A DNA stretch of 64,000 nucleotides from Patescibacteria group bacterium (GTDB taxonomy: Bacteria; Patescibacteriota; Patescibacteriia; UBA1558; GWA2-36-10), in the NCBI GenBank assembly GCA_041665545.1, contig JBAYIQ010000001.1, positions 137,911-201,910 of the forward strand, in the 5' to 3' direction. Every line of letters starts with the position of its first letter. Position 1 is the first letter of the stretch. Positions 44,901 to 54,835 of the stretch are shown here, one piece after another. A model generated the notes under the pieces. It had not been told where the DNA came from and made no database searches. It was given only the letters and a program-made list of their open reading frames with translations. Position numbers and translations under genes: made by a program.

Positions 44901-47585
44901 TTATTTAGAGTGATGACGATTATGATAATGAATAAAGACCATTTTGATAAGCTCTAACAGAACAAACAATGCTACAGTCATCAAAATAATCGCCTGCCAA
45001 TGCCACCAATTCAATGGCACGGTCTTAATAAAATGATTTAAGAAAGGCACATAGACAGCCGCTATTTGTAATAGCACTCCTATCACTACGGCTAAGTTTA
45101 ATAAATGATTCTTAAAAGGATTGGATTTGAATATATTTTTTTCCAAATTTTTTATACTATAAATATACAGCAGAGTACTAATACCTAAAGAAGCAAAGGC
45201 AATGGTCCTAGCCAAAGCTAAATCACCTGTGCTTTTCCAAAAATAATAATACAAGCCCAAAGAGCCCAAAGTAGTCAGTACGCTAATTATAAATATTAAA
45301 AACTTGCCTTCAAAGTCGAGCAGCGAATTACCAGGACGCTCCCGATGCTCCATGATGTCTTTGTCTTCTGGCTCTTGAGTCAAAGCCAAACTAGGCAAAC
45401 CATCGGTAATCAAATTGATCCATAAAATATGCGTAGTCAAAATAGGCAAAGGATAACCCAGCAACATAGCCACGGCAATAATAGTTATTTCTGAAAAACT
45501 ATCGGACAAGAGATATAAAATTACTTTTTTCAAGTTAGCAAATATCAATCTCCCCTCTTTGATAGCCATGACAATGGTCCGAAAATTATTGTCCAACAAA
45601 ATCAAATCAGCCACTTCTTTGGCAATGTCTGATCCCGTGCTGACTGTCACTCCCACATCAGCGGCTTTGAGCGCTGGTGCATCATTGACACCATCGCCAG
45701 TCATGGCTACTACTTCTCCTCGCGCTTTCCAAGCTTGAATAATCCTTAATTTGTCTGATGGCGTAACTCGCGCATAAACTTTTATCTGTTCTACTCTGTC
45801 GTTGAGTTGTTTGTCGGACATTTTTATCAACTCATCACCAGTCACTACTTGATCGTTGTCTGTCGCCAGCTTTAAGCTTTGTGCAATATGAAAGGCCGTG
45901 AACTTACTATCGCCAGTAATCATAACAGTTTTGATGCCAGCTTTTTTGGTCTGTTCTAGGGTTTCCAACATTTCTGGTCGAAGAGGATCTGACAAACCCC
46001 ACAAGCCAACCATTACTAAATCTGTTAATTCTTTTTTAACACTAATATCTAAGGGATAATTTTTTGGCACTAGACGATAGGCGCCAGCCAAAACACGCAG
46101 CCCCCTCTTGGAAAGATGCTCTAATTCTTCGTGCCAAATTTTCTTACTACGTTCATCTTGTAATAAAACTTGGCCGTTATCGGTGTACTTAATACTATTA
46201 GGAATAATTATTTCTGGCGCTCCTTTGATATAGATAATATCTTTTTCAGCATCATGGGAATAACGTGTAACCATAAACTTATAACTAGAGTCAAAAGGTA
46301 TTTCTTCCAAACGAGCTTTTTTTTGTTGTAAATTATAATCGCCATAAGTCATGGCAAAAAACAACAGAGCTTTTTCAGTTGGCGTGCCAAAAATTTCCCA
46401 GCGCTTATCTGGATCATCGGGATTTTGGACAACAGCGTCATTACACAAAATAGCAATATCAATAAGCTGTGACATATCTTTGTCCCATTTTATTTCTCGT
46501 ATGGCTTGGGACTGAAAATCAATATGACGTTTGATAGTCAAAAGCTCGGTCACTCGCATCTCGCCTTCGGTCAAAGTACCGGTCTTGTCAGCACAAATTA
46601 CAGTCGTAGCTCCCAAAGTCTCGGCTGACACCAGCTGACGCACTAAGCCCTGTTTTTTCAAAATGCGTTGCATACCCACAGTCAGAATCACCGTCAAACT
46701 AATCAGCAAACCCTCGGGTATAGCAGATACGGCCAAAGCCACAGCTACGGTAAATATTTGCGCCCAATGATAGCCCTGCACCAGACCCAAAATCATGACT
46801 ACAAAAGCCACGCTGACAATAATAGTAGAAATTGTTTTGGCAAATTTGTCCAGCTTTATCTGTAGAGGTGTAAAATCGTTTTCCACTTCATTTAGCAATT
46901 TAGCAATTTTGCCCAACTCTGTTTGCAAACCAATGGCCATGACCACTCCTTCGCCTCGCCCCTCGGCTACCACTGTACCCATATAAGCCATATTCTGGCG
47001 CTCAGCCAAAACAGTGCCAATGGGCAAGGAGGTAACTATTTTTTTTATAGGCCAAGACTCACCAGTCAGAGCCGACTCGCTAATAGTTAAATTATTAACT
47101 TGTAATAATCTAAGGTCAGCTGGCACTTTATCACCAGCGCGTAAAATAACTATGTCACCCGGCACCAAAAACTTGGCGTCAATCATTTGTTGGTGATTAT
47201 CCCGCCGGACTATGGCTTGTTGCTTGATGACTTGGCTCAATTTGGCCAAAGAATTATTGGCCTTGTACTCTTGCAAAAATCCAATGACCACATTCAAAAC
47301 AACCGCCAAAATTATCACATAAGCATCAACTACTTCTTTGAATAAAAAACTAATCACCGCGCCAACTAACAAAACATAAACCAAAGCACTTTTGAATTGG
47401 GAAACAAATATTTTCCAAGCTGGCAAACTTTTCTTTTGAAGCAAAATATTATATCCGTAATTTTTGCTTCTTTTTTTTATTTCTTGGGCATCTAAGCCCC
47501 GAATATCTGAACTAAGCTCTTTTATAGCTTGATGCTCTTTAAGATGATGCCATTCAATTTGTTTTTTTGCCATTTTATTTATCAA
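44901..47585 (-). CDS. cation-transporting P-type ATPase (type II, Ca2+/Mg2+-like)
   Basis: [31 protein letters not shown], 10 TM layout. Confidence 0.85.
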   Translation of the reverse strand: MINKMAKKQIEWHHLKEHQAIKELSSDIRGLDAQEIKKRSKNYGYNILLQKKSLPAWKIFVSQFKSALVYVLLVGAVISFLFKEVVDAYVIILAVVLNVVIGFLQEYKANNSLAKLSQVIKQQAIVRRDNHQQMIDAKFLVPGDIVILRAGDKVPADLRLLQVNNLTISESALTGESWPIKKIVTSLPIGTVLAERQNMAYMGTVVAEGRGEGVVMAIGLQTELGKIAKLLNEVENDFTPLQIKLDKFAKTISTIIVSVAFVVMILGLVQGYHWAQIFTVAVALAVSAIPEGLLISLTVILTVGMQRILKKQGLVRQLVSAETLGATTVICADKTGTLTEGEMRVTELLTIKRHIDFQSQAIREIKWDKDMSQLIDIAILCNDAVVQNPDDPDKRWEIFGTPTEKALLFFAMTYGDYNLQQKKARLEEIPFDSSYKFMVTRYSHDAEKDIIYIKGAPEIIIPNSIKYTDNGQVLLQDERSKKIWHEELEHLSKRGLRVLAGAYRLVPKNYPLDISVKKELTDLVMVGLWGLSDPLRPEMLETLEQTKKAGIKTVMITGDSKFTAFHIAQSLKLATDNDQVVTGDELIKMSDKQLNDRVEQIKVYARVTPSDKLRIIQAWKARGEVVAMTGDGVNDAPALKAADVGVTVSTGSDIAKEVADLILLDNNFRTIVMAIKEGRLIFANLKKVILYLLSDSFSEITIIAVAMLLGYPLPILTTHILWINLITDGLPSLALTQEPEDKDIMEHRERPGNSLLDFEGKFLIFIISVLTTLGSLGLYYYFWKSTGDLALARTIAFASLGISTLLYIYSIKNLEKNIFKSNPFKNHLLNLAVVIGVLLQIAAVYVPFLNHFIKTVPLNWWHWQAIILMTVALFVLLELIKMVFIHYHNRHHSK

Positions 47586-47710
47586 AAATTTTCTAAAGTC
47601 CAGTATTTTACTGTTGTCTAGCTATTTATTATACCAAAAAAACCTGTTTTGAGCGAAAATTTTGCTCTCCTCTTGAAACTTGCCGGCTTTTTCAGTATTA
47701 TTAACTCACT

Positions 47711-49525
47711 ATGGATATACAAAAACAGCTAATTGACCAGCTGGCTAAGACCATTGGCACTATATTGGAGCAAGCTGTCACCAGCGACGATCTTAAATTA
47801 TCAACTCCGCCACAAGAAAATTTAGGCGACTATGCTTTGGCTTGTTTTGTCTTGGCCAAAAAGAATAATATTTCTGCTCCTGAGCTAGCTAAAAAACTAG
47901 CTATAGCTTGGCCAAAGAATAATTTGTTTGCCACAGCGCAAGCTATGGGGCCCTATCTTAATATCAAAATGGACGCCAACAATTTTAGCAAGTTGGCCCT
48001 TGACGAAATTTTGAGCAATAAAAAATTTGGGCAAAACAACTCTGGTAAAAATAAAAAAGTTCTAATAGAATTTTCTAGCCCCAACACCAATAAGCCCCAA
48101 CACATTGGTCATATACGCAATAATCTTTTGGGGCAAAGTTTAGTAAATATTTATAGGACTTGTGGTTATAAAGTGACTAGTATGGTCAACATGAATGACC
48201 GTGGTATTCATATTGTCAAAAGCATGTTGGCTTGGCAGGAATTCGGGCAAAACGAGACACCACAAAGTACTGGTATCAAGGGCGACCACTTGGTCGGCAA
48301 ATATTATGTAAAATTTAGCCAACTACTAAAAGAAGAGGAAAAAGTATACCTGCTCAAAAATAATATTGATTTATCAAAGATCAATGATTTGGCCAAAAGA
48401 AAAATCAATGATGATTTTTTAAAACAATCTATTTGGATGCAGAAAGCTCATAAAATGCTTATCCTATGGGAAAAAAATGACCCCCAAATAAAAAAACTTT
48501 GGCAGACCATGAACTCTTGGGTTTATGAGGGCTATAAAAAAACCTATGATGATTTAGGTGTAAAATTTGACCACACTGATTATGAAAGCGAAAATTATCT
48601 ATTAGGTAAAGATATTGTTGACTTTGGTTTAAAAAATAAAGTTTTTTATAAAAAAGAAGATGGCTCTGTCTGGATTGATCTGACTAAAGAGGGCTTAGAT
48701 GAAAAGATAGTCTTGCGTAGTGATGGCACCTCTGTTTATATGACTCAAGACATGGGCACAGCTAAACGACGCTATGATAAGTTCAAATTTGACCAAGCAA
48801 TTTATGTAGTAGCTTCCGAGCAAGACTACCATTTTAAAGTATTATTTTTGATCTTAGCCAAACTTGGTTTTGCTTGGGCCAAAAACTTATATCATTTATC
48901 TTATGGCATGATTTCTACGCCTGACGGTAAAATAAAATCTCGCGAAGGCAAAACTGCTGATGCTGACGCTATTATTGAGGAGACAATCGCCCGTTCCAAA
49001 ACCATGATGGCTCAAGCCGAAAAAAAGAACCTAAAACAAAATGATCAGGAAGCTATTGCCAAAGACGTAGCTATGGCGGCTATCAAATTCTGCATGCTTG
49101 GTACCAATCCGCAAAAAAATATTGTTTATGATGCCCAAAGCTCTATCACGCTTGATGGCTACACTGGACCATTTGTCCAATATACTCATGCTCGTATTTC
49201 TAGCATCCTAAACAAAGCTGAAAAAGTAAAAAAAATTAACTGGTCTACCTTACAAATAAACGCCGAGGAAATAAAATTAATCAAACAATTGGTACTTTAT
49301 CCGGAAATCATCAAACAAGCCGCTCTAGAATATAATCCAGCCGTACTGACTCACTATCTTTTTGACTTGGCTAAAATATTTAATAATTTTTATCAGCAAC
49401 ACTCAGTATTATCAGCTGACAATGAAGCTCAGAAAAATTTTAGATTAAATATTTGCCTGAGTTGCCGACAAATCATAGCCGCTGGTTTGGAAATTTGCGG
49501 TATCAAGGCCCCAAAAATAATGTAG
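47711..49525 (+). CDS. argS: arginyl-tRNA synthetase
   Basis: SSPNTNKPQHIGHIRN (HIGH), class I core, DALR-type C-terminus. Confidence 0.9.
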   Translation: MDIQKQLIDQLAKTIGTILEQAVTSDDLKLSTPPQENLGDYALACFVLAKKNNISAPELAKKLAIAWPKNNLFATAQAMGPYLNIKMDANNFSKLALDEILSNKKFGQNNSGKNKKVLIEFSSPNTNKPQHIGHIRNNLLGQSLVNIYRTCGYKVTSMVNMNDRGIHIVKSMLAWQEFGQNETPQSTGIKGDHLVGKYYVKFSQLLKEEEKVYLLKNNIDLSKINDLAKRKINDDFLKQSIWMQKAHKMLILWEKNDPQIKKLWQTMNSWVYEGYKKTYDDLGVKFDHTDYESENYLLGKDIVDFGLKNKVFYKKEDGSVWIDLTKEGLDEKIVLRSDGTSVYMTQDMGTAKRRYDKFKFDQAIYVVASEQDYHFKVLFLILAKLGFAWAKNLYHLSYGMISTPDGKIKSREGKTADADAIIEETIARSKTMMAQAEKKNLKQNDQEAIAKDVAMAAIKFCMLGTNPQKNIVYDAQSSITLDGYTGPFVQYTHARISSILNKAEKVKKINWSTLQINAEEIKLIKQLVLYPEIIKQAALEYNPAVLTHYLFDLAKIFNNFYQQHSVLSADNEAQKNFRLNICLSCRQIIAAGLEICGIKAPKIM

Positions 49526-49562
49526 TTAATTATTAATTTTTAAAAAGAAAGTTTTACAAAAA

Positions 49563-50735
49563 ATGGACAAAAAATTATACAAGTATTGGAGCGAGGAAGA
49601 ATTTAAAAAAGCCAAGGACTTTGCCGCCAACAAGCAAACTCCTTTTTTATTAATTGATCCTAAGCGCGTTGCTAAAAAATACAAAAGTTTAAAGGCCAAC
49701 CTACCCTTGGCCAAAATATACTACGCCATGAAGGCCAACCCGCACGATGAAATCATCAGGACTTTGGCTGACTTGGGCTCAAATTTTGATGTGGCTTCTA
49801 TTTTTGAAATACAAAACTTGATGGACTTGGGTATTGCTGGCGACCGCATGAGCTTTGGCAATCCAGCCAAAAAAGAATCAGATATTATATTTGCCTACCA
49901 ACATGGCATCAGGATATTTGTCACTGATTCCATGGATGATGTGCACAAATTAGCCAAAAATGCTCCTGGCGCCAAAGTTTTTTTCCGCTTACTATTTGAA
50001 GGCAATGGCGCTGTCTGGCCATTATCCAAAAAATTTGGTGCTCATCCTGATATGTTGTACAAACTTATCTTGGAAGCCAAAAATCTAGGTCTAGAGCCCT
50101 GTGGCATTTCCTTTCATGTTGGCTCCCAACAAAAAGATATTGGTCAATGGGATCACGCTCTTTCTTTGTGCAAATACATGTTTGACACTATGAAATCCGA
50201 GGGCTTGGAGCTCAAAGCTATCAACTTGGGTGGTGGCCTACCAACCAAATATGTCGGACCAATACCCAGTCTAAAAAAATACACTGACGTTATCAACCGT
50301 TTGCTTAGTGAAAATTTTGGCGACAATATGCCAGAAATAATGATTGAACCCGGCAGATATATTGCTGGCGACTGCGGTATGATCATCAGTGAAATAATTT
50401 TGATTTCCAAAAAATCCGAGACCTCTGAACATCGCTGGGTTTATATTGATGTCGGAAACTTTACTGGCTTGTGTGAAACCGAAGAAGTGATTTTTCCGAT
50501 CTACGCTGACCCAGAAATTTATCTTCCAGGACAAACCTCGGAAAGCGAAGTAATATTGGCTGGACCAACTTGCGATTCCTCGGATATTATTTACCAAAAC
50601 TACAAGCATAAATTGCCCGATGATCTCAAAGAGGGTGATCGACTGTATGTCATGAGCACTGGCGCTTACACCTATGCTTACAGCGCTGTTTGTTTCAATG
50701 GCTTTCCAGTTTTGAAAACTTATATCCTAAGATAA
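49563..50735 (+). CDS. PLP-dependent decarboxylase, ornithine/DAP/arginine decarboxylase family 2
   Basis: IYYAMKANP PLP-lysine motif, GGGLP, C-terminal beta-barrel. Confidence 0.8.
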   Translation: MDKKLYKYWSEEEFKKAKDFAANKQTPFLLIDPKRVAKKYKSLKANLPLAKIYYAMKANPHDEIIRTLADLGSNFDVASIFEIQNLMDLGIAGDRMSFGNPAKKESDIIFAYQHGIRIFVTDSMDDVHKLAKNAPGAKVFFRLLFEGNGAVWPLSKKFGAHPDMLYKLILEAKNLGLEPCGISFHVGSQQKDIGQWDHALSLCKYMFDTMKSEGLELKAINLGGGLPTKYVGPIPSLKKYTDVINRLLSENFGDNMPEIMIEPGRYIAGDCGMIISEIILISKKSETSEHRWVYIDVGNFTGLCETEEVIFPIYADPEIYLPGQTSESEVILAGPTCDSSDIIYQNYKHKLPDDLKEGDRLYVMSTGAYTYAYSAVCFNGFPVLKTYILR

Positions 50736-50836
50736 ACAAAAAAACGCCCTGCAATTTCTGTGGGGTGTTTTTTATTTTAAACAAAATTAAGAACGCGTCC
50801 CCGAAGAAACGCGTTCTGGAAAGAACAGGCCTACTT

Positions 50837-51253
50837 TCACTTGCTCACACTGGGAAAATGCGGGTCACGGTACTCGTCATTGTCGTCTTTGACAACGAAA
50901 GGAGAAACATCCTCCAAGCGCAACTCGGTGGTGCAGATGAAGGGTGACGACTCGACGACACGCGGTGGTTGAAACAGATTGGCCTCAGGAGTCAGCTTAG
51001 AGGCCAAAAAGTCCCGAATCCTCCTATGCCAGAGCAAGCCCAATGGCTTCTTGTTCTTCCTTTGCCAGACCAACTCCAAGCGCCAAGGCCTTTCCTCAGC
51101 CGTGATCGACACCTCCAAGCCACGATGGCTGATGTACTTCATAATCTCCGGCAACAGTAGCCCAAGCTGCTGACCCAGATGCCTCCTGACAGCCAAGGTG
51201 TTGACATGACGACCGTTAGCGAACTTAATGTCAGCTCTTTTCTTACCGACCAT
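50837..51253 (-). CDS. high-GC hypothetical protein (138 aa)
   Basis: CAAGGAGGAA RBS 6 nt before ATG; own promoter; hairpin AGAACGCGT...ACGCGTTCT terminator (50790-50818). Confidence 0.6.
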   Translation of the reverse strand: MVGKKRADIKFANGRHVNTLAVRRHLGQQLGLLLPEIMKYISHRGLEVSITAEERPWRLELVWQRKNKKPLGLLWHRRIRDFLASKLTPEANLFQPPRVVESSPFICTTELRLEDVSPFVVKDDNDEYRDPHFPSVSK

Positions 51254-51303
51254 GAGCTATTCCTCCTTGAAGGTTCAAGTGCCCCAAAAAATGGGAATAT
51301 GAT

Positions 51304-51332
51304 AACATATAATATTTATCCCCTCTTGTCAA
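51304..51332 (-). promoter_or_regulatory. promoter of cassette 3 (TTGACA-N17-TATGTT)
   Basis: tgtcaa 51327-51332 on plus strand. Confidence 0.45.
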
Positions 51333-51382
51333 TGGCAAAACAAAAAAACAACCCAGTGGGTTGATTATTAATAATGCATGCT

Positions 51383-51507
51383 CTCGTGTCCCTCGACTCA
51401 CTCCGTTCGCTCGGGACACTCGATTCGCAGGAATGAGAATGGTCGGAGGTGCGATAAAGCACCGTAGACCACGAGTGAGTCTTTTGCAAAGCAAAAGGCG
51501 AATCGAG
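51383..51507 (-). repeat. tRNA-trailer structured element, copy E3 (fused to CCA of tRNA-Lys)
   Basis: 125 nt; near-identical to E1 over the tRNA-proximal ~70 nt; followed by AACCCACUGGGUU+U7 terminator (51347-51372). Confidence 0.7.
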
Positions 51508-51584
51508 TGGTGCGCCCAGTAGGATTCGAACCTACGACCGTTTGCTTAAAAGGCAACTGCTCTACCAGGCTGAGCTATAGGCGC
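51508..51584 (-). tRNA. tRNA-Lys (anticodon TTT), CCA encoded
   Basis: GCGCCTA/TGGGCGC acceptor, loop CTTTTAA, T arm GTAGGTTCGAATCCTAC. Confidence 0.9.
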
Positions 51585-51607
51585 ATAAATATAAAAATAC
51601 GCAAATT

Positions 51608-51636
51608 ATTATAGATTAATTATTGGGTATTGTCAA
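51608..51636 (-). promoter_or_regulatory. tRNA-Lys promoter TTGACA-N17-TATAAT
   Basis: tgtcaa 51631-51636, attata 51608-51613 on plus strand. Confidence 0.6.
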
Positions 51637-51666
51637 TTTTGCTTTAATACACCTTTAGCGCTGTTA

Positions 51667-51695
51667 TTGACAAAAATAAATAAATATGATATAGT
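51667..51695 (+). promoter_or_regulatory. promoter of cassette 4 (TTGACA-N17-TATAGT, TGa extended -10)
   Basis: TTGACA 51667-51672, TATAGT 51690-51695; 5' UTR hairpin TCCTAATCAGA/TCTGATTAGGA. Confidence 0.55.
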
Positions 51696-51800
51696 AACGA
51701 ACTTGTTCTTTATAAACTCCTAATCAGAATTTTGTCCAGCAAATTGCCTGATAAAGCTCTGATTAGGAAACTATCACTTCTCTGAACTGGAGGACTTACC

Positions 51801-52700
51801 ATGGATTACCCGCGGAACTCGGTCTGCATCTATCACAGTGCGGACAATGACGGCGCTTGCAGTGCGGCCATCGCCAAGTTGGCGGCTCGTGTCAGACTGA
51901 TCCCCTGGAATTATGGACACCCCATACCCTGGGAGAGAATACCCGTCGGCGCTACGATCTTTGTGGTCGATCTGCTGCTCACCAGCCAGAACGACAACAG
52001 TGGTTTCCAGGACATGGAGCGCCTGCGCAAGATCGGTAAGCTCGTCTGGATTGACCATCACGACAAGGCCATCAACGACGCCAAAGTGTTGGGTTTGGCC
52101 TATGATGGCATCCAGCGAGTTGGTCAGGGCGCTTGCGCTTTGACCTGGGAATATTTCTTCCCCAACAAGCCCATGCCCGAAGCAGTCCGGCTGATCAGTA
52201 ACTTCGATGTCTTTGACCATAGGGAGGTAAAGACAGTCCATTTCCAGTACGGCTTGCGTGCTTGCAATGCCAAGCCCTGGATGGACATTTGGAAAGATCT
52301 TCTTAAGCCACCCTTCCAAAGCGATGCTCTGGTCAACCAGCTGGTCAGTGATGGTATCCCCATCACCAAGTACCTGACCTTGGAATTCGCCCGCTACATG
52401 CGAGTCTGTGGCTTCGAGACTATTCTCGACGGGCACCGTGCCATTGCGGTGAATCGTGCTCTGGTCAACAGCCAGATCTTCGAATCTGTACACAACCTCG
52501 AAGACTATCCGTTGCAGATGTACTTTTACTGGAGCTCTGACGGCTCATGGAAGGTGAGCATGCGTTCGCCCGACGGTCGCGTGAACTGTGCAGAACTCGC
52601 AGCCAAGTACGGTGGTGGCGGACACAGCCGAGCAGCCAGTTTCGTGTGCCAGGAACTGCGCTTTGAACTCAAAGGGCGACCTGACGCCGATCCTGACTGA
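51801..52700 (+). CDS. high-GC DHH/DHHA1-family phosphoesterase (NrnA-like, 299 aa)
   Basis: YHSADNDGACS (DHH motifs I-II), WIDHHDK (DHH), YGGGGHSRAAS (DHHA1 GGGH); CTGGAGGAC RBS. Confidence 0.85.
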   Translation: MDYPRNSVCIYHSADNDGACSAAIAKLAARVRLIPWNYGHPIPWERIPVGATIFVVDLLLTSQNDNSGFQDMERLRKIGKLVWIDHHDKAINDAKVLGLAYDGIQRVGQGACALTWEYFFPNKPMPEAVRLISNFDVFDHREVKTVHFQYGLRACNAKPWMDIWKDLLKPPFQSDALVNQLVSDGIPITKYLTLEFARYMRVCGFETILDGHRAIAVNRALVNSQIFESVHNLEDYPLQMYFYWSSDGSWKVSMRSPDGRVNCAELAAKYGGGGHSRAASFVCQELRFELKGRPDADPD

Positions 52701-52719
52701 GTAACGAGAAGTTGATCCT

Positions 52720-52762
52720 GACCCCGGCTAGTGGCAACACTGGTCGGGGTCTTAAATTTGTT
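52720..52762 (+). terminator. terminator of cassette 4
   Basis: GACCCCG ... CGGGGTC stem then TTAAATTTGTTT. Confidence 0.6.
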
Positions 52763-52855
52763 TATAATTTATAAATATTGGGTATAAATTGTATATAAAC
52801 CCGGCTTGAAAAAAGCCGGGAAATGGGTTAAGCTAATCCTACATTAAGCAAACCC

Positions 52856-54301
52856 ATGCTAAAAATACCTCCGCAAAACATAGAGGCTGAAGCCAGTATT
52901 TTAGGCGCTTTATTGATAGACAAAGAAGCCATCATCAAAGTAGCCGATGTTTTACGTTCTGATGATTTTTATAAAGACAGCCATGGCTTGATTTACCAAG
53001 CCATTCTTGATTTGTTTGAAAAGCATGAGCCAATTGATATTTTATCAATGGCCAATCGCTTGAGCGAAAAAAAACAACTGGAAGCAATTGGTGGCAAATC
53101 ATACTTAGCCGAACTGACAGCGTCTGTACCCAATGCTTCACATGTGGCCAACTATGCCAGCATTATCCGTAAAAAAGCCACCTTGCGCAAACTAGAACAA
53201 GCGGCCTCAGAAATCAGCGAATTTAGTTTTTCGGAAGATCAGGATGTGGAAAAATTATTGGATCGTGCTGAACAAAAACTTTTTGCTATTTCCCAGTCTT
53301 CGCTGAAAAGAAACTTTATACCCATCAAAAATGTTTTAAATGATGCCTTTGCTCGTATTGATGAATTACACAAAACTGGTGGCCAAGGCACCAGAGGCAT
53401 ACCTACTGGCTATACTGGTCTAGACAAAATCCTATCCGGTTTACAAAAATCCGATCTCATCATTTTGGCCGCTCGCCCATCTTTGGGCAAAACCACTTTG
53501 GCTTTGGACTTAGTGCGTCATGTGGCTATTCGTGCCAAAGTACCGGTCGGCATCTTTTCTTTGGAAATGTCCAAAGAACAATTGGTTGACAAACTGCTAG
53601 CGGCCGAGGCGCAAGTAGATCTGTGGCGCATGCGCACTGGCAAATTATCCGATCGTGAGGAAGATGATGATTTTCCCCGCATTGGCAAAGCCATGGGTGT
53701 GCTATCTGAAGCACCAATTTTTATTGACGACTCTCCTAACATCAGCATCATGGAAATCCGCACCAAAGCTCGTCGCCTCAAAATGGAACATAATTTGGGC
53801 TTTTTGGTAGTTGACTATTTACAACTCATGGACTCTGGTGGTCGCCAAGAAAACCGCGTCCAAGAAATATCAGAAATATCTAGAGCTTTAAAACAAATTG
53901 CCAGAGAGCTTGATATACCGGTCATGGCGCTATCTCAATTATCCAGAGCCGTGGAAAGCCGCTCGCCAGCCATACCAAAATTGGCTGACTTGAGAGAATC
54001 TGGCTCCATTGAACAAGATGCTGATATTGTTATGTTTATTTATCGCCGAGCCAAAGACAAAAGTCGCGGTGAGTGCCCTGAAGAAGAAAAATTTGTAGCC
54101 GAAATTCACATTGATAAACACCGCAATGGCCCGACTGGCTTGACCCGCTTATTCTTTGACGAAAACAAAGTAACCTTCAAAAACTTGGACACTGACAAAT
54201 CAGAAATACAAGATCAGACCGGCTCCGGCCAAGGCAATATCCAAGAGCCAATATCCAGCGAAGAATTCCCCGTGGCTGGCGGCTGGCAAAATATACCCTA
54301 A
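52856..54301 (+). CDS. dnaB: replicative DNA helicase
   Basis: PPQNIEAEASILGALL N-terminus, Walker A ARPSLGKTT, DYLQLM, RecA-like core. Confidence 0.9.
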   Translation: MLKIPPQNIEAEASILGALLIDKEAIIKVADVLRSDDFYKDSHGLIYQAILDLFEKHEPIDILSMANRLSEKKQLEAIGGKSYLAELTASVPNASHVANYASIIRKKATLRKLEQAASEISEFSFSEDQDVEKLLDRAEQKLFAISQSSLKRNFIPIKNVLNDAFARIDELHKTGGQGTRGIPTGYTGLDKILSGLQKSDLIILAARPSLGKTTLALDLVRHVAIRAKVPVGIFSLEMSKEQLVDKLLAAEAQVDLWRMRTGKLSDREEDDDFPRIGKAMGVLSEAPIFIDDSPNISIMEIRTKARRLKMEHNLGFLVVDYLQLMDSGGRQENRVQEISEISRALKQIARELDIPVMALSQLSRAVESRSPAIPKLADLRESGSIEQDADIVMFIYRRAKDKSRGECPEEEKFVAEIHIDKHRNGPTGLTRLFFDENKVTFKNLDTDKSEIQDQTGSGQGNIQEPISSEEFPVAGGWQNIP

Positions 54302-54310
54302 TTAGTAAAA

Positions 54311-54329
54311 AGTATCGCCCACAGGGCGA
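54311..54329. repeat. GC hairpin repeat AGTATCGCCCACAGGGCGA (copies at 1267-1285 inverted and 28197-28213)
   Basis: 19-nt identity between 54311-54329 and reverse complement of 1267-1285; 28197-28213 differs at 1-2 positions. Confidence 0.8.
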
Positions 54330-54459
54330 TAAAGTTTCAAGGTTAGAAAGTAAAAACATCCCTTAAATAAAAACTGATCCTTGAAACTTCAAACAAACAC
54401 ATATATAATACGGCTGTAACTTTTAAACTTTCGACTTTAATAACTTTTAACTAAATTTT

Positions 54460-54753
54460 ATGTTTAATAAACTAAAACAATTCAACGATTTGAGAAAACA
54501 AGCTGGCGTTCTAAAAAATGCCTTGGCTGGAGAAATTGTTGAAGTAGAAAATAAAGCTGTTAAAATAACTATGGATGGCAACCAAGAAATAAAAAGCTTG
54601 GAAATAAAACCAGAATTCATGCACACTGAAAAGAAAACTGAGCTAGAACAAGAGCTTAAAAATGCTTTTGCAGAAAGCATCAAAAAAGTCCAACGCAAAA
54701 TGGCCATGAAAATGCAATCTATGGGTGGTTTTGACATGCCGGGATTAAAATAA
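54460..54753 (+). CDS. ybaB: nucleoid-associated protein YbaB/EbfC
   Basis: 97 aa, LKQ...AG.G.V.V...G...I.S..I pattern; upstream of recR as usual. Confidence 0.8.
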   Translation: MFNKLKQFNDLRKQAGVLKNALAGEIVEVENKAVKITMDGNQEIKSLEIKPEFMHTEKKTELEQELKNAFAESIKKVQRKMAMKMQSMGGFDMPGLK

Positions 54754-54835
54754 TGCGCCCCGTTAAAAATTCACGAAAAAAACTATTTTTTATTTACGAA
54801 ATCTGCACTAGCTAAATACATAAATTTTTAACGAG

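Noticed and set aside
51774-52493. 239-aa minus-strand ORF antisense to the DHH gene, and 55902-56600 (232 aa) antisense to cassette 5
   Set aside because: This is the same high-GC shadow-ORF effect. They have no RBS or promoter in the right place. The sense ORFs carry clear motifs (DHH/GGGH) or a proper RBS and terminator.
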